A stretch of 64,000 bases of DNA. It comes from Obrimoposthia wandeli (Eukaryota). The DNA lies in assembly GCA_977020255.1 (NCBI GenBank), contig CDROCS010000882.1:62001-126000 (forward strand), read 5' to 3'. Both the position numbers and the translations under genes were made by a program. Below, piece by piece: positions 61,907 through 64,000 of this stretch (the first letter of the stretch is position 1; each line of letters begins with the position of its first letter). Under the pieces are notes generated by a model, which made no database searches, was not told the DNA's origin, and saw nothing but the letters and a program-made list of their open reading frames with translations.

Positions 61907-62059
61907 TCGATGTTTTTCGTTTCAAAAAAGTAGAAAGTGTGCGGTTGTAGCTAGTGTTGATCACTTTGATGTTCATTTTACTGTCGCTTTACATTAGTTT
62001 TGTATTTATTTTAATGTGCACTGGCTTTATGTACAGTGCCCATTGATTTCCCGCTTTAT

Positions 62060-62092
62060 TGTAGAAAGGCGGATTTAATCTGCCTTTCTACA
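62060..62092. repeat. Near-perfect palindrome whose left arm is repeated at 62192-62210
   Basis: tgtagaaaggcggatttaatctgcctttctaca; gaaaggcggatttgatctg at 62192 is 18/19 identical. Confidence 0.8.
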
Positions 62093-62221
62093 TTGGTTTA
62101 TTCATGGGTTGATAATAAGTTATTGAATGTAAATATTAAGTTATGTATATTGATTTGAATAAATATTCAATAGATGGGTTTTTCGCTTGTGGAAAGGCGG
62201 ATTTGATCTGTCTAATAAGCT

Positions 62222-62724
62222 GTTAGGGTTCATAAACTAGCATGGTGTTGCTGAACGCCAGGGGATTATCATATATATATTATCGGTAGGTCCATATTTT
62301 TTTGACGGTAAACATGCAACACCTGGGTTATTTTTAGGTATATCTTAAAATTGAATCAGACCCCTATTTTCTCCTGAGAATAATGAAGACAATGTAAAAC
62401 CAATTAAAAAAGAATCTTTTGAAAACTCATTTCAAAGACAGGAATATAGAGTTAGAAAATTCAATTAATGTTTTAAGATGGAAAATAGAGTTCGGTGCAA
62501 TCGCAACTCAAAAATTAAGCAGGTATGCGGCTATATATACTTTGGATTGGGCACTGCTTGTTTGCTATCTTCTTTTATTTCAGGCTTTTTCGTGGTTGGG
62601 TTCGTTATATCTTATTCTGCATTTTTAATTGTTTATGTATTAGAGAAGATAGCTGGTGAACGCAATGCTTGAAGAGTAATAAAAAACGGTTACAAAAACG
62701 TATAAGCCGTTAGCTCACCCTAAC
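62222..62724. other. AT-rich cassette-like segment bounded by inverted GTTAGGGT / ACCCTAAC sites
   Basis: gttagggt at 62222-62229 and accctaac at 62717-62724; outer perfect 15-bp inverted repeat 62175-62189 / 62813-62827. Confidence 0.5.
62478..62672 (+). CDS. Small hydrophobic hypothetical protein inside the cassette-like segment
   Basis: 64 aa with two hydrophobic stretches; may be a fragment. Confidence 0.35.
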   Translation: MENRVRCNRNSKIKQVCGYIYFGLGTACLLSSFISGFFVVGFVISYSAFLIVYVLEKIAGERNA

Positions 62725-62875
62725 AATAAGAATAGCTATTTGTTGGACAAGAGCCTGCTTTATATAGTAAATAGCGTGATTGATTTTCATTGGCCTTGTA
62801 TGTACAAGAAGCCAAGCGAAAAACCCAATTCAGTTATTTACGCATAGAATGTTTGAGCGTTTGCTGGCAAATTTA

Positions 62876-63893
62876 TTAGCCAGCCCTAATGACGCCCGTA
62901 TCAGATCTGATGCTGACAGCACGGACAAACCTACACGGACAAACCCGTTTTGCTTTCTTTTGGGTTTGAATGCTTATGGTAATGAAAACTCGGTTAATAA
63001 AAAGCCGTATCAATAATAGCTCGAGGATAAGAGACCATAGTCTCGAACACGCTAAAATTCCTTTAGGTATGCCAAGTATCAGCATGGGTAGCGTACGTGT
63101 TTCAGTTTTTTTAGTGGTGCTATTTGTATAACGAAAGGTGACGTTTTTATGGTCATGGCTGATAATATCTTTGTCCGCTAATACACCACGATAAAGGTAT
63201 CTTGAAAGGTATTTTAACGCAGGCAGACCATAGCCCACCTTTTTACAATTGACGACCCATTGCTTTGGCATGATGTTAATGTCTTTCAGCGATAATTCAG
63301 ACTTGCGACTCACGCGGGGCTCGCCATACCTTAGCGAGTGCCTTCGCATTAAACAAATAACCCGGCTTGCCTTGCTTCCACTGCTTACGTTTTGCATCAT
63401 AACCGCCATTGGGCACGATGATATGTATATGAGGATGCAGCTCACGTCTTCTGCTGTGGGTATGTAAAACACTCGTAAACCCTATTGTCCCTAGCTTATT
63501 ACGTCGTGCAAAGTCTTTTAAGATTGACGCGCTGACACTAAACATTATTTGATATAGGGCTTTAGGTCGCTTGCGAGCTAACGCTCTTAACTCATAGGGC
63601 AAGGTAAAGGTTGTCATGTAATATTGCACAGGTAAGCGTTTTTGTTTTTGTCTTTCAAGCCACGTTGACGTTGTGCTTTGCTGACATTGTGGGCAGTTTC
63701 TATGACCACAAGAAAGCGCTTGGCTCTCATGATGCTCACAAGCTGAGCATGCCCATAATGATTGACCTTGTTGCCCCGTTTTACATGACAGCATGGCAAA
63801 AATCGCTTGGCGCATATCATGTGATAGTTGACGGCTATACTGAGTTTCAAGGGCTTGATGATGTTGACGTAGTAACGCGATAAAGGTACTCAT
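62876..63893 (-). pseudogene. IS91-family (Y2 HUH) rolling-circle transposase, frameshifted and internally deleted
   Basis: Zn-binding CSAC..SCGHRNCPQC, HUH region LHTHSRRRELHPHIH, Y2 motif YLSRYLYR in a second frame; frame break near 63310; ATG at 63893. Confidence 0.88.
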
Positions 63894-64000
63894 TTTACCG
63901 ACCATGTAATGGTCAATTTATCTGTTAATTGATTTACCGCGCGTGACATATCACGTTGTTTAACTTTCGTGAGTTGTGTGTAGCGTGCCGTGGTGTTGAG
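63890..64000 (-). CDS. C-terminus of a tyrosine recombinase (partial), stop overlapping the transposase ATG
   Basis: LNTTARYTQLTKVKQRDMSRAVNQLTDKLTITWSVK*; TTARY is the catalytic Tyr context; ATGA overlap. Confidence 0.75.
   Translation of the reverse strand, partial: LNTTARYTQLTKVKQRDMSRAVNQLTDKLTITWSVK

Noticed and set aside
62780-63016. Plus-strand 78-aa ORF and other short ORFs over the transposase
   Set aside because: Antisense or alternate-frame shadows of the IS91-like pseudogene and its terminal sequence

Overview
AT-rich marine gammaproteobacterial chromosome segment, probably Colwellia or a close relative (inferred from gene content and intergenic repeat style). The conserved backbone is rne-rluC, yceF-yceD-rpmF-plsX-fabD-fabG-acpP-fabF (no fabH), pabC-mltG-tmk-holB-pilZ-tatD-family, and a GntR-prpB-prpC-acnD-prpF methylcitrate operon. 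Accessory material is interleaved: signalling genes (MHYT hybrid kinase plus HD-GYP regulator, TPR-GGDEF), several decayed genes (NIT-domain MCP, Cache-GGDEF-EAL, MBL hydrolase, LysE remnant, IS91-like transposase) and hairpin-rich miniature repeats. The best candidate for an undescribed system is a divergent cluster of two RimK-like ATP-grasp proteins (one fused to HhH), a cytoplasmic M14 carboxypeptidase and an M20 glutamate-carboxypeptidase-like enzyme, with two back-to-back Pho-box-like promoters. Other strong leads are a RAPP-motif arrest-peptide-like ORF upstream of a CBS gene, an unannotated antisense sRNA with a GcvB-R1-like seed, an acyl-CoA transferase-GNAT fusion paired with a Zn deacetylase, and a cassette-like segment bounded by inverted GTTAGGGT sites next to a tyrosine recombinase/IS91-like element. 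No rRNA, tRNA or CRISPR array was seen. All family assignments are from motif recognition by eye; no database searches were run.
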